A DNA stretch of 49,976 nt, taken from sequence record DRR723986_3131. One strand, written 5' to 3'. A program made the position numbers and the translations under genes. This document shows, in pieces, positions 30,101 to 39,663 of this stretch. The notes below the pieces were generated by a model, which worked only from the letters and a program-made list of their open reading frames with translations, searched no databases and was not told the origin of the DNA. The first letter of the stretch is position 1, and the number at the start of each line of letters is the position of its first letter.

Positions 30101-31165
30101 ATGGAGAAAACAGAGGCAGAAAACTATTTCAAGGGGCGTGGTTCTCAGATCAAACCAGATAATAAATTCCTGAAAAACCGCTACGTAAGCGAGCATATCG
30201 AGGGAATTGACGAACCTTTAATTCAATCTCCGCAGACGAAAATTTTTCATGAACATTCGAAGACCATCGTAAATAAGGTCACTAGTCCTGATGTGGGAAT
30301 GATTTATTCGCTCAATCCTTATCAAGGTTGTGAGCATGGATGTAGCTATTGCTATGCCCGAAATACACATGAATATTATGGTTTCGATGCTGGGTTGGAC
30401 TTTGAGAGCAAAATCATCGTCAAAGAAAATGCTGCCCCATTGCTTGAAAAGCTACTTCTAAGCCCCAAATGGCAACCTGCTCCTATCAGTCTCTCGGGTA
30501 ATACGGATTGCTATCAACCGCTGGAGCGAAAGAAGGAGATGACCCGAAGTTTGTTGAAAGTATTTGCCCGTTACCGTCATCCCGTAGGAATGATCACCAA
30601 AAACAGTTTAATTCTCAGAGACCTGGATTTGCTAAAGGATCTAGCGGAAGACAGGTTAATCAAGGTCTATATCTCTATCACTACACTTGATGAAAATGTG
30701 AGGCGGGCGATGGAACCACGAACTGCCAGCGCAGCAAAGCGCCTCCAAACTATTGAGGAACTTTCTAAAGCTGGAGTTCCTGTTGGCGTCATGTGTGCTC
30801 CAATTATTCCTGGGCTCACAGATCATGAGGTCCCAGCCATTCTCAAAGCTGCTGCCGAGCATGGCGCTCTTATGGCAGGAATGACAATGGTCAGACTGAA
30901 TGGAAGTGTGGGGCAGATCTTTGAAGACTGGATCTACAAAAACTTCCCAGATAGAGCTCCAAAAGTCATCGCTCAAATAAAATCCGTGCATGGCGGTCAG
31001 CTGAATGACTCGGATTTCGGAAGGCGGATGCGGGGAGAAGGAAAAGTCGCCGAGATGATCAATCAACTGTTTAAGACCTCCCAACGAAAATATTTCGCGG
31101 GCAGAACTATGCCTGAATTTGATCTAAGCAAGTTCAGACGGGGCGGGAATTTGAATTTGTTTTAG
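30101..31165 (+). CDS. PA0069-family radical SAM protein (SplB-like)
   Basis: 'NPYQGCEHGCSYCYAR', 'SGNTDCYQP'. Start set at ATG 30101. Confidence 0.93.
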   Translation: MEKTEAENYFKGRGSQIKPDNKFLKNRYVSEHIEGIDEPLIQSPQTKIFHEHSKTIVNKVTSPDVGMIYSLNPYQGCEHGCSYCYARNTHEYYGFDAGLDFESKIIVKENAAPLLEKLLLSPKWQPAPISLSGNTDCYQPLERKKEMTRSLLKVFARYRHPVGMITKNSLILRDLDLLKDLAEDRLIKVYISITTLDENVRRAMEPRTASAAKRLQTIEELSKAGVPVGVMCAPIIPGLTDHEVPAILKAAAEHGALMAGMTMVRLNGSVGQIFEDWIYKNFPDRAPKVIAQIKSVHGGQLNDSDFGRRMRGEGKVAEMINQLFKTSQRKYFAGRTMPEFDLSKFRRGGNLNLF

Positions 31166-31171
31166 AATAGA

Positions 31172-31393
31172 TAAGTACAAAGTATTATGTACAAGGTACC
31201 AAGTAGTCTTAAAGCTCCTTCTTCTGTCCCCTTAAAAAAGGGGAATTGGCTCAGAAGTACCTATAAGCTTAAATTTCAAAGGTGACAAAGCTTAGTAGAT
31301 CTGATTGAAGTTCAATTGAGGCAATTCCCCCTTTACAAAGGGGGCAAGGGGGATTTCAATCCGACATCCGACATCAAAAACCACGAATCAAAT
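31172..31393. repeat. Composite repeat: 7-bp tract, inverted pair of CCCCTT/AAGGGG REP-like hairpins, 7-bp tract
   Basis: TAAGTAC-type x5 (31172-31206); hairpins 31215-31248 and 31322-31354 are inverted copies; CCGACAT-type units 31361-31393. Confidence 0.6.
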
Positions 31394-33810
31394 CACTCGC
31401 TCTTAAGCACTTTGGAAGGATTAGTTTGCGAAGCTATATAAGAATGAATTCCGACTATAAGCAAGCAAATCGCCATCACTCCTAAGCCTGCAGCAACAAA
31501 TAACAGATAAGGCATATCTACCCGGGTATTGAATCCTTTTAGCCAATCATTGAGGAAATAATATGCAGGGAATATTGCAATTAGGAATGAAACTCCCACT
31601 AAGCTCATATACTCTCTTGAAATCAGGAAAAGAATCTGCTGTAGAGTAGCTCCCAATACTTTTCTTATGCTAATCTCTTTAGTACGCTGAGCAATGGTAA
31701 AACTGGAAAGTCCAAATAATCCCAGACAGGAAATCAAAATCGCCAAACCACAAGCAAAACCCAGTACATTTTTGATTTTTACATCTTCCTGATAAAACCT
31801 ATCGATTTGAGCATCGAGAAAGTTAAACGAGGCAGTTTCGTATGGATAGACTTCCAGATAGATCTGCTCCAATCTCTCCTTAGCAATCGCCAGATTTTGG
31901 TCTGAATTCAGCTTCACGTTCACTGACTGAAAATATTCTGGATTGTAGGTAAACAATAAGGGACGAATTTCTTCACGCAAAGTCCTTGAATGAAAATCTG
32001 CAACCACACCAATAATCTTCACTTTCTCTTGGCTATAGGTGACTTCTGAACCTACGGCAGCCTCCGCAGTTCCAAACCCTGCTTCTTTGACAAACTGCTC
32101 ATTTACCAATATCTCATCCACTCTGTCTATTGCATCAGTACCAGCCAGCAGAGGAATTCCATTTACTTTCACAAAAGAGGAATCCACATTCATCACCTGA
32201 ATGTACATCTCTTTTTCTGTGGTGTCCACAGGTACTTTGACATCCGAAGTCCAAAGGCTCGTAGACGATACAAGGCTACCGCTTAGACTTGCACCCTTCA
32301 CGATTGCTTCCTGATTGAAGCGATCCTGGAGTTGCAGCATTTTATCCGGATCGGACATAAATGGCAGTCTGGCGTACATCACAGCTTCCTTATCGAATCC
32401 CAGTGGCTGGCTAGTCACAAAATTGAGTTGGTAGTTCAATACCATCACTAGAATAATGAAAGCAATGGAAGATGATAATTGAATGACGGTAAGATTTTTT
32501 CTCAAAAACACCCCCAAAGAGAACTTTCCACTTCTGACCACTTCCCCTTTCAAGGCGCGCTGAGGATCATAGTTGGACAGGATCAAAGCAGGATAAATCC
32601 CCGTGATCAGCGTTAATAGTAGTGGGAATGCTGCATAAAACAGCATGTTTGGAAGTGAGAAGTATTCAATCCTGAAATCCCTCGGTAAGTAAGTTGAAAA
32701 CAGCAATTTCAGCCCTTCTACTATGCCTAGAGCTAGTATAGTGCTAATCAAAATAATCATAAATGTCTCTGCGAGAAACTGGGAAATTAATTGAAATCGC
32801 GTGCCTCCAATCGTCTTCCGTATGCCAACTTCCTTAGATCGGCTGATCGCTTGAGCTGTTTCCAAATTCACAAAATTCAAGGTAGCCAGCACCAGAATAA
32901 TCATACCTATAAAAATTAAGCCATTTAGGAATGTTTTGGAAACGTGAGTACTTCCATAATTTGGCTGAAAATGCATCTCTGAAAGTGGTTCAGTGAAAAA
33001 GCTCGTGGCGTATTTACCATCTTCTTCGGATTCCATGTTTTTTTCTATCAATGGCTGAAAAGCTGCATCCACAGATTCAGGGGACACTTCAGGAGCGAGT
33101 TTGACAAAAAGCTGACTGCTCGAATTCACCGAAGTCCAGTCATGCAGACCATACCATTCGATTTGCTCTTGCGTTCTTATGGTGCTGTAAGAAATAAAAT
33201 CATTGAAGATAAAGTCCGTATTGTCTGTATAACTAGCCACAACTCCTGTGACTTTTGCATAGATGGAATCGGAATCCACAAACATCAATTCCTGACCTAA
33301 TACATCTGAAGCTACCGAACCAGGAAAGTATTTATGCATACTTTCCTCTGAGATCACCAAAGATTCTGGCTGTAAAAGTGCCGTTTCAGGATTCCCCGCT
33401 AGCCATTTCCTTGGGAAAATTTTAAAGAAGCCAGGATCAGCAAATGTGACTTCACTAGACCTTCCAAATACTTTATTTGTATTTGGCAAAGCCACTAAAA
33501 CCTCATACATGGTGTAGAGCCGGCCTTTTTCCTCAATTCCAGAAATTTCTCCTTTAATCGCTTCTCCCAGTGGACCTGGAGTCCCCGAATTAGGAAAACT
33601 CCCTCCATCTCCCCAATCAGTAAGGGTATTAATTCGGAAAATCCTATCCTTATCAACATGGAACTGATCAAAACTATAGGAATGCGTCACCACATTGAAA
33701 ATCAAAAAGCAGATCGCAATGCCAATCGACAAACCCAAAATATGGATTGTTGCTCTTAGCTTATTTCTACGGAGATTTCTCCAGGCGATTTTGAAGTAGT
33801 TTTTTAGCAT
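31393..33810 (-). CDS. MacB/FtsX-type ABC permease
   Basis: 'MLKNYFKIAWRNL', 'KEVGIRKTIG', 'NPSKVLKSE'. Confidence 0.95.
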   Translation of the reverse strand: MLKNYFKIAWRNLRRNKLRATIHILGLSIGIAICFLIFNVVTHSYSFDQFHVDKDRIFRINTLTDWGDGGSFPNSGTPGPLGEAIKGEISGIEEKGRLYTMYEVLVALPNTNKVFGRSSEVTFADPGFFKIFPRKWLAGNPETALLQPESLVISEESMHKYFPGSVASDVLGQELMFVDSDSIYAKVTGVVASYTDNTDFIFNDFISYSTIRTQEQIEWYGLHDWTSVNSSSQLFVKLAPEVSPESVDAAFQPLIEKNMESEEDGKYATSFFTEPLSEMHFQPNYGSTHVSKTFLNGLIFIGMIILVLATLNFVNLETAQAISRSKEVGIRKTIGGTRFQLISQFLAETFMIILISTILALGIVEGLKLLFSTYLPRDFRIEYFSLPNMLFYAAFPLLLTLITGIYPALILSNYDPQRALKGEVVRSGKFSLGVFLRKNLTVIQLSSSIAFIILVMVLNYQLNFVTSQPLGFDKEAVMYARLPFMSDPDKMLQLQDRFNQEAIVKGASLSGSLVSSTSLWTSDVKVPVDTTEKEMYIQVMNVDSSFVKVNGIPLLAGTDAIDRVDEILVNEQFVKEAGFGTAEAAVGSEVTYSQEKVKIIGVVADFHSRTLREEIRPLLFTYNPEYFQSVNVKLNSDQNLAIAKERLEQIYLEVYPYETASFNFLDAQIDRFYQEDVKIKNVLGFACGLAILISCLGLFGLSSFTIAQRTKEISIRKVLGATLQQILFLISREYMSLVGVSFLIAIFPAYYFLNDWLKGFNTRVDMPYLLFVAAGLGVMAICLLIVGIHSYIASQTNPSKVLKSE

Positions 33811-33819
33811 TTATTATAG

Positions 33820-33995
33820 GATTGAAAAATTTGAATATTGGAAAATTGGAAGATTTTAGATTTTAGATTCATAATAAAATTGATTTTCAACTATATACCC
33901 CCTACACTAAAACCCTGATTCTAAAAACTTACCACTTTTTAGTTTCTACATTTTACTTTTTACTTTTCACTTTTTACTTCATACTTCGTACTTCC
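33820..33995. repeat. 8-bp tract (33820-33870) and 7-bp TACTTTT tract (33933-33995) between permeases
   Basis: ATTGAAAA ATTTGAAT ATTGGAAA ATTGGAAG; CACTTTT TAGTTTC TACATTT TACTTTT TACTTTT CACTTTT TACTTCA TACTTCG. Confidence 0.6.
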
Positions 33996-33999
33996 CCCC

Positions 34000-36444
34000 C
34001 TATTCATCTTTCAATGTCTTCACCGGATTCATCTGAGTAGCGCGATACGACTGAGCAGATACAATCAGTAATGTAAATAGTATTCCAGCAATGCCCAAAA
34101 CCGTAAAATTAAGCCAGGAAGGCCAAGATTTTATGGCAAACTGAGCTATCCAAGTTTGCATCAAATACAGACTCAGTGGCAAGCCTACCAGTACTCCAGC
34201 AATCGTAATGATCAGAAATTCTTTATTAAACATCCACGAAATACTCCAGCTAGAAGCTCCTAGTACTTTCCGAATTCCTATCTCTTTTGTACGACCTGCT
34301 ATACTCAACGCAGCCATGGCAAACAATCCCATTGCAGCTATTAGAATAGCTATACAAGCCGCCAAAAACACCATTTTGCCTAAGCGTTCATCTGCAACGT
34401 ATTGCTTTTGAACTGTCTCATCCAAGAAACTGAAACTAAACGCTTCCAAAGGAAACACTTGCTCCCATTCATTTTCCAGCATGATTCTGAATGACTCAAA
34501 GTCAGAACCATGCCCTTTCACCATCACCTTAGGGTTTGTAGCAGAGTGAATCATCAGCATATTGATACCACTGAATATAGTCTCTGGGCTTTTCGCAAGA
34601 ATAATGGGTTCAATATCTTTATAAAGTGAGTTGTGGTTGAAGTCCTTCACTACACCTACGATTTCATGATTACCGATTCTCTTGCTTGGCAGCAGTTCTC
34701 CTAATGGATCATCCCAATTCATGGCTTTGGCAAAAGTTTCGTTGATCAACACGGCACTGCTATCGGACCCTGGTGTTGGATTCAAATCGCGTCCTTTTAC
34801 TATCTCAAGGCCCAAAGTTTTTACATATTCACCGCCCACAAAGTTTAATCGAAAATTAAATTGCTCGTCTTCAGGCGTGGGAAAACCTCCGTCCCAAAAT
34901 GCATCGTCTCCATAAGTGGCGATTGTAATTCCTGCGGATTGGACTTCTGATCTTTTCTGCAATGCTTGTCTGTATAGTTCGGCTTGAGAAAAACCTTCGT
35001 TGATCGACTTTACAAAGCTGGTACTCGGCACCTCTGGAATATCGACTAACACCACCATATTTTGATCGAAGCCTAAATCATAATCTCGTATAGCCTCCAT
35101 CTGATTCACCATAATCAGCGTTGAGGCGATCATTAAGAACGAAATAAAGAATTGAAAAGCCACCAGTCCTTTTCTTAGGGCTTGCTTCCCAAAACGTATA
35201 GAGAGATTCCCTTTCAGTACTTTGATGGGCTTCAAACTGGACATGAAAAACGCAGGATAGGCTCCAGCCATCGCAGTAATCAAAATCACCAACCCTACTA
35301 AAATCAGGATTTGAACAGGTCCATAGACCAATGACAATTCCTTTTCAAACAAATCATTAAACGTCGGAATTAAAGTTTCTGCCAGAATCAACCCTAAGAT
35401 CAATGCTGCAAGTGTAGTCAAAAATGCCTCAGTCAAAAACTGGAAAACGAGCTGTCCAAAGTCTGCTCCCATAGTTTTACGTACGCCGACTTCCTTCGCA
35501 CGAGTGGTAGAGCGCCCGATAGCCATGGTGGTAAAATTGATACAGGCAATCAACAATATTAAGAAGGCAATACCAGCTAGAATCCATAGTAATGTCGGTC
35601 TGGTAGCTTCTATCATACCATAATTCGAACTTTCAGTTAGATGCATCTCCGAAATAGGCTGCAGCGTGAATACGTATTCACCTTCTACATATTCCTCTCC
35701 CAGTACTTTCTTCATCATCGCCTCGACACCGGCTTCGACAGACTCCTTTGTTTGCCCTGCATTGAGCTTCAAATAGGTATCGCCATAAACATTGAACCAG
35801 GAGTTTTGACTATCCTCATCTACACTAAAATCCAGGTTTTGATCGTTTATCAGCATCTCGAACTGGATACTGGAATTTGTTGGCAAATCTTTCAAAAGTC
35901 CAGTTACTTGGTACTCTTCAAAGTTGTCTCCCATTCTCATCCGAATGGATTTACCGATTGGATTGTCATCTCCAAAGTATTTTTTGGAAACCTCCTCCGT
36001 GATGACTACTCCAAACTTATCCTGCAATACTTGCTCTTTGGTCCCCTGAAGTAATGGAAAACTAAAAATCTCCAAAAAATCTGCTCCCACCATCAAAAAG
36101 CTTTGGTTCTGTGTGGTTTCATCATCTAGGTAAGCCTGAGCTGAGCCCCCTATCATCCGGGTGGTATATTGTACCTGAGAAAACTCACTCTCAAAAGTTG
36201 GCGCTGCGATAATAGGTGTAGAAAACGAGGTTAAATCCCCTCCTTCTTCTACCTGATGTCTTTCTATCCTGAATATCTGCTCACTTTCTTGGTGAAAAGT
36301 ATCAAAACCGCTTTCAAACTGAACAAAAAAGAAAATCAAAATACTTACCCCAAGACCTAAAGAAAGCCCAATCAAATTGATCCCGGTGTGCAGCTTGTTT
36401 TTAAAAAGGTTACGGATTGCGATTTTAAAATAGTTCTTCCACAT
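34000..36444 (-). CDS. MacB/FtsX-type ABC permease
   Basis: 'MWKNYFKIAIRNL', 'KEVGVRKTMGA', 'NPVKTLKDE'. Confidence 0.95.
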   Translation of the reverse strand: MWKNYFKIAIRNLFKNKLHTGINLIGLSLGLGVSILIFFFVQFESGFDTFHQESEQIFRIERHQVEEGGDLTSFSTPIIAAPTFESEFSQVQYTTRMIGGSAQAYLDDETTQNQSFLMVGADFLEIFSFPLLQGTKEQVLQDKFGVVITEEVSKKYFGDDNPIGKSIRMRMGDNFEEYQVTGLLKDLPTNSSIQFEMLINDQNLDFSVDEDSQNSWFNVYGDTYLKLNAGQTKESVEAGVEAMMKKVLGEEYVEGEYVFTLQPISEMHLTESSNYGMIEATRPTLLWILAGIAFLILLIACINFTTMAIGRSTTRAKEVGVRKTMGADFGQLVFQFLTEAFLTTLAALILGLILAETLIPTFNDLFEKELSLVYGPVQILILVGLVILITAMAGAYPAFFMSSLKPIKVLKGNLSIRFGKQALRKGLVAFQFFISFLMIASTLIMVNQMEAIRDYDLGFDQNMVVLVDIPEVPSTSFVKSINEGFSQAELYRQALQKRSEVQSAGITIATYGDDAFWDGGFPTPEDEQFNFRLNFVGGEYVKTLGLEIVKGRDLNPTPGSDSSAVLINETFAKAMNWDDPLGELLPSKRIGNHEIVGVVKDFNHNSLYKDIEPIILAKSPETIFSGINMLMIHSATNPKVMVKGHGSDFESFRIMLENEWEQVFPLEAFSFSFLDETVQKQYVADERLGKMVFLAACIAILIAAMGLFAMAALSIAGRTKEIGIRKVLGASSWSISWMFNKEFLIITIAGVLVGLPLSLYLMQTWIAQFAIKSWPSWLNFTVLGIAGILFTLLIVSAQSYRATQMNPVKTLKDE

Positions 36445-36536
36445 AGGAAATAGTGTTAGGTTTTAATCTTGGAGGAGACCTTTGTCCTGGAATTACTTCA
36501 TCAATCTACTGAACATAGAATTCCTTATCCCTGCTA

Positions 36537-36638
36537 TCAAATATCTGTGCCAGTAAAAAACAGTTGAAACAGCCCGAAATTGACACATAAAGCGTGTTTT
36601 CAAAAAATCAATCGGACATTTTTGTCCGCTCGTGGGCA
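36537..36638 (-). promoter_or_regulatory. Sigma-54-like promoter TGGCACAGATATTTGA plus enhancer-like CGGACA-TTTT-TGTCCG-N4-TGGGCA
   Basis: TGGCA at 36548-36552 (spacer to GA is 11, one longer than canonical); motif at 36613-36638 mirrors 27266-27291. Confidence 0.55.
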
Positions 36639-36829
36639 AAGTACACTTTATACAGATTGGCAAACCAGACGCTGGGCCACGTATTTTTAGGAATATCAGC
36701 CTCATCACCTCTTGAAATAAAAAATGGGCGTTATGAATCAGAAATTACCGAATTGCCCCGCCCTTAGTAAGGCATTAGTCGGCAAGATTTTTAATTTTAC
36801 TTTTCATCACTTTTCCATAGCCTCTACCC

Positions 36830-38095
36830 ATGTCAAAAACTGACAAGAACAGCCCAAATAAAAAACTCAACCTCACCCAAGATAGACGCGCATTTTTGCA
36901 GAAAAGCTCACTTGCTGCTTTGTCCGCTATGCTTGGGACAGACATAGTCCATGGGTTATCTATGCCAAAGGACTACATACCTATTGCCCTTCTGGCAGAT
37001 TTTGATCCTATGAAAGGAAAGAGTGATGGCATGATCATACGCAATGAAAAACCTTGGAATGTAGAGCCAGCTCCTCATCTTTTGAATGATCCAGTCACTC
37101 CTTTCGCCAGTATTTTCATTAGAAATAATGGGCTGATTCCAGAAGATGTCGATGCAGCAAGTTGGACGCTTACCATAGGAGGAGAATCGGTGGTAAAGGA
37201 AAAAACCTACGCGCTCGACGAGCTTAAAAAGAAATTCAAATCCTACACTTACCAGCTCACACTTGAATGTGGTGGAAACGGTCGAGCAGGTTTTTACCCT
37301 CCAGCATCCGGAAATCAATGGGAAGAAGGAGCTGTATATTGCTCGGAATGGACTGGAGTAAGACTGAAAGACGTGTTGGCGGATGTAGGCCTCAAGTCAG
37401 ATGCGGTTTATGTTGGTTATTACGGCAAGGATAAACATCTCAATGGAGATCCAAACAAGGTTGTGATCTCCCGAGGCGCTCCGATGTCAAAAGCTTTGCA
37501 GGATGAAACACTCCTGGCTTGGGCATTAAATGGAAAAGATATTCCTCTACAACATGGCTATCCACTTCGCTTGGTTTGTGGAGGTTGGCCCGCTTCTGTT
37601 TCAGGAAAATGGCTTCATAAACTGGTGGTAAGAAATCAGGTCCACGATGGTGAAAAAATGATGGGTGATTCTTATAGAGTACCCAAATATCCTGTAGCTC
37701 CGGGACAGGAAGTTCCTGACGAGGATATGAAAATTATAGAATCCATGCCCGTAAAGTCAATCATTACCTATCCAAAATCGGGGGCAATGTTCGACACTTC
37801 CAAGAAGCTCATGGTTCAGGGACATGCCTGGGCGGGCGAGCATGAAGTGAGTACGATGGAAGTAAGTACAGATTTCGGCGCAACTTGGAAAAAATGCAGT
37901 TTAAAAAAACCTGTCAACAGACTTGCGTGGCAACAATGGTCCATAGAATTAAACTTTCCACAGACTGGGTATTACGAGATCTGGGCAAAAGCAACTGACG
38001 ATCAAGGAATCTCCCAGCCTATGGTGATTCCTGGATGGAATCCTAAAGGCTACCTAAATAATGCCTGTCATAGAATTGCAGTAAAAGTTAGCTAA
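36830..38095 (+). CDS. Sulfite oxidase-family molybdoenzyme (SorA/SoxC-like), Tat-exported
   Basis: 'DRRAFLQK', 'FIRNN', Mo-ligand 'LECGGNGR', 'HGYPLRL', C-terminal dimerisation domain 'WNPKGY'. Confidence 0.93.
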   Translation: MSKTDKNSPNKKLNLTQDRRAFLQKSSLAALSAMLGTDIVHGLSMPKDYIPIALLADFDPMKGKSDGMIIRNEKPWNVEPAPHLLNDPVTPFASIFIRNNGLIPEDVDAASWTLTIGGESVVKEKTYALDELKKKFKSYTYQLTLECGGNGRAGFYPPASGNQWEEGAVYCSEWTGVRLKDVLADVGLKSDAVYVGYYGKDKHLNGDPNKVVISRGAPMSKALQDETLLAWALNGKDIPLQHGYPLRLVCGGWPASVSGKWLHKLVVRNQVHDGEKMMGDSYRVPKYPVAPGQEVPDEDMKIIESMPVKSIITYPKSGAMFDTSKKLMVQGHAWAGEHEVSTMEVSTDFGATWKKCSLKKPVNRLAWQQWSIELNFPQTGYYEIWAKATDDQGISQPMVIPGWNPKGYLNNACHRIAVKVS

Positions 38096-38099
38096 GGCC

Positions 38100-38615
38100 A
38101 TGAAAAACGTACCTGACAATAATTGCTCTAATTCTACTCAGGAGAAGGAAAAGCTTTTCAATGGACTGATCAAATCCGTAGCTGGTTTGGTGGGTGTGGT
38201 CATCCTACTCGTGGGGCTGGTTTTATCAGTCCTATTTCAACCTGAAATTTCTGCAAGACTTAACTCTTTGACTTCCGAAACTTCCGAAGAAAATCCAGCG
38301 CCATTAACGGATTTTTCTACTGAACTAGTGGATGGAAAAGATGTGGAAACTGGCTTACTAGCGGGAGATGGATTGGAGCTAGTGAAAGCGAATTGCACTG
38401 CATGTCACTCCAGTGCCCTGATTCTCCAGAATCGCTTTACCCGTGAAGGTTGGCATTCAAAGATTGAATGGATGCAGGAGACTCAAGGATTATGGGATCT
38501 TGGCGGAAATGAGGCTATGATTTTAGATTATCTGGCCGCAAACTATGCTCCGGAAGCTCCGAAGGGGAGACGAGTTCCACTGACTGGTATAGAATGGTAT
38601 GAGTTAAAGGATTGA
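38100..38615 (+). CDS. Membrane-anchored monoheme cytochrome c (SorB-like partner)
   Basis: TM helix, CTACH, 'WMQETQGLW'; 4 nt downstream of the oxidase. Confidence 0.88.
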   Translation: MKNVPDNNCSNSTQEKEKLFNGLIKSVAGLVGVVILLVGLVLSVLFQPEISARLNSLTSETSEENPAPLTDFSTELVDGKDVETGLLAGDGLELVKANCTACHSSALILQNRFTREGWHSKIEWMQETQGLWDLGGNEAMILDYLAANYAPEAPKGRRVPLTGIEWYELKD

Positions 38616-38617
38616 AA

Positions 38618-39154
38618 TTACAAGTTCAACTTCCCTTGAATTTTTTCTATCCAAGTATCCCTATTATCTACCACAAAATTATATTCACTGCCATCAATGG
38701 TGATAATGTGCAAGCCATTGTCAATCAATTTCGCAGTTTTTCTCTCCTGGATATCTCTAATAGCCTCATATGGAATATCTGTTTGCCCAGTGCGGATATT
38801 GAGTTTATGGGATTTAAAAATCAACTTCTCATTCGTCAGGAAAAGCCTTCCTCCTACGGCTTCTTTTCCACGAAATAAATTTGCCGGACCTAGAGATTCA
38901 ATTTCCTCATTAAGATCCAAGTCAGGGTTAATATTCTTCCCAAGGCTAACTGCAAATTTCCCAAAAAGATAAGGAAATACTAAAGTCATAATTACTCCAA
39001 AAAACACACTTTGAAACAGGATACTTTTCAAATTCAAGGCTTCCCTATCCAGGAAAAACTGGGTTAAAAAAAGGAGCAGACCAAAAACACCACCGTTAAT
39101 CGCAAATTGGATCAGTCTCTTATTCCAACTCATTTGGAGAAATTCAGTCTTCAT
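38618..39154 (-). CDS. Membrane protein with GRAM/PH-like domain
   Basis: Two TM helices, then 'ANLFRGKEAVGGRLFLTNEKLIFKSH'. Confidence 0.75.
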   Translation of the reverse strand: MKTEFLQMSWNKRLIQFAINGGVFGLLLFLTQFFLDREALNLKSILFQSVFFGVIMTLVFPYLFGKFAVSLGKNINPDLDLNEEIESLGPANLFRGKEAVGGRLFLTNEKLIFKSHKLNIRTGQTDIPYEAIRDIQERKTAKLIDNGLHIITIDGSEYNFVVDNRDTWIEKIQGKLNL

Positions 39155-39164
39155 CTATTATCAA

Positions 39165-39635
39165 TTATTTTTTAGTCTTCAATTGTTCACAACTCTCTTT
39201 TTCAATCGTGTAGGAAAGAAAAATAATCTGCCAAGCTTCTTCCTTCTTGATCAAGGTAAAGACATCCACACCGCAATGCGAGAACTCTCCGTTCAGCCTA
39301 AACTCATAGGGAACCCAAGCCATGGCCATGCCTTTATGAATTTTCACATCCATGCTCAAGGGCGTTTCCAGATAGGAATTCTGAGAAATAAGAGTCTTCA
39401 AATCATCACTAAATGACCTCATGCGCCGTCTGGCTGGACTTACGGTATTATTAACCGTCCAGATTTGCCCTTCCATAGAAGCTACTTGTTTTAACAAAAC
39501 GGTATCCTGCTTTTCTAAGGCCTCAAAAAACTGATTGACCACAGCGGTTACAGCTGCTACTTCTGTCTTTTCTATCTCCTGTGAAAAGCAATCAAAGCAC
39601 AGCGCCAGCGCGAGAATTAGGACAAGTTTTTTCAT
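39165..39635 (-). CDS. NTF2-like (lumazine-binding/DUF4440-like) secreted protein
   Basis: 'MAMAWVPYEF', 'SHCGVDVFTL...WQI'. Confidence 0.8.
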   Translation of the reverse strand: MKKLVLILALALCFDCFSQEIEKTEVAAVTAVVNQFFEALEKQDTVLLKQVASMEGQIWTVNNTVSPARRRMRSFSDDLKTLISQNSYLETPLSMDVKIHKGMAMAWVPYEFRLNGEFSHCGVDVFTLIKKEEAWQIIFLSYTIEKESCEQLKTKK

Positions 39636-39663
39636 GGATCTCAGTTTTACCCAACTAAGATAA

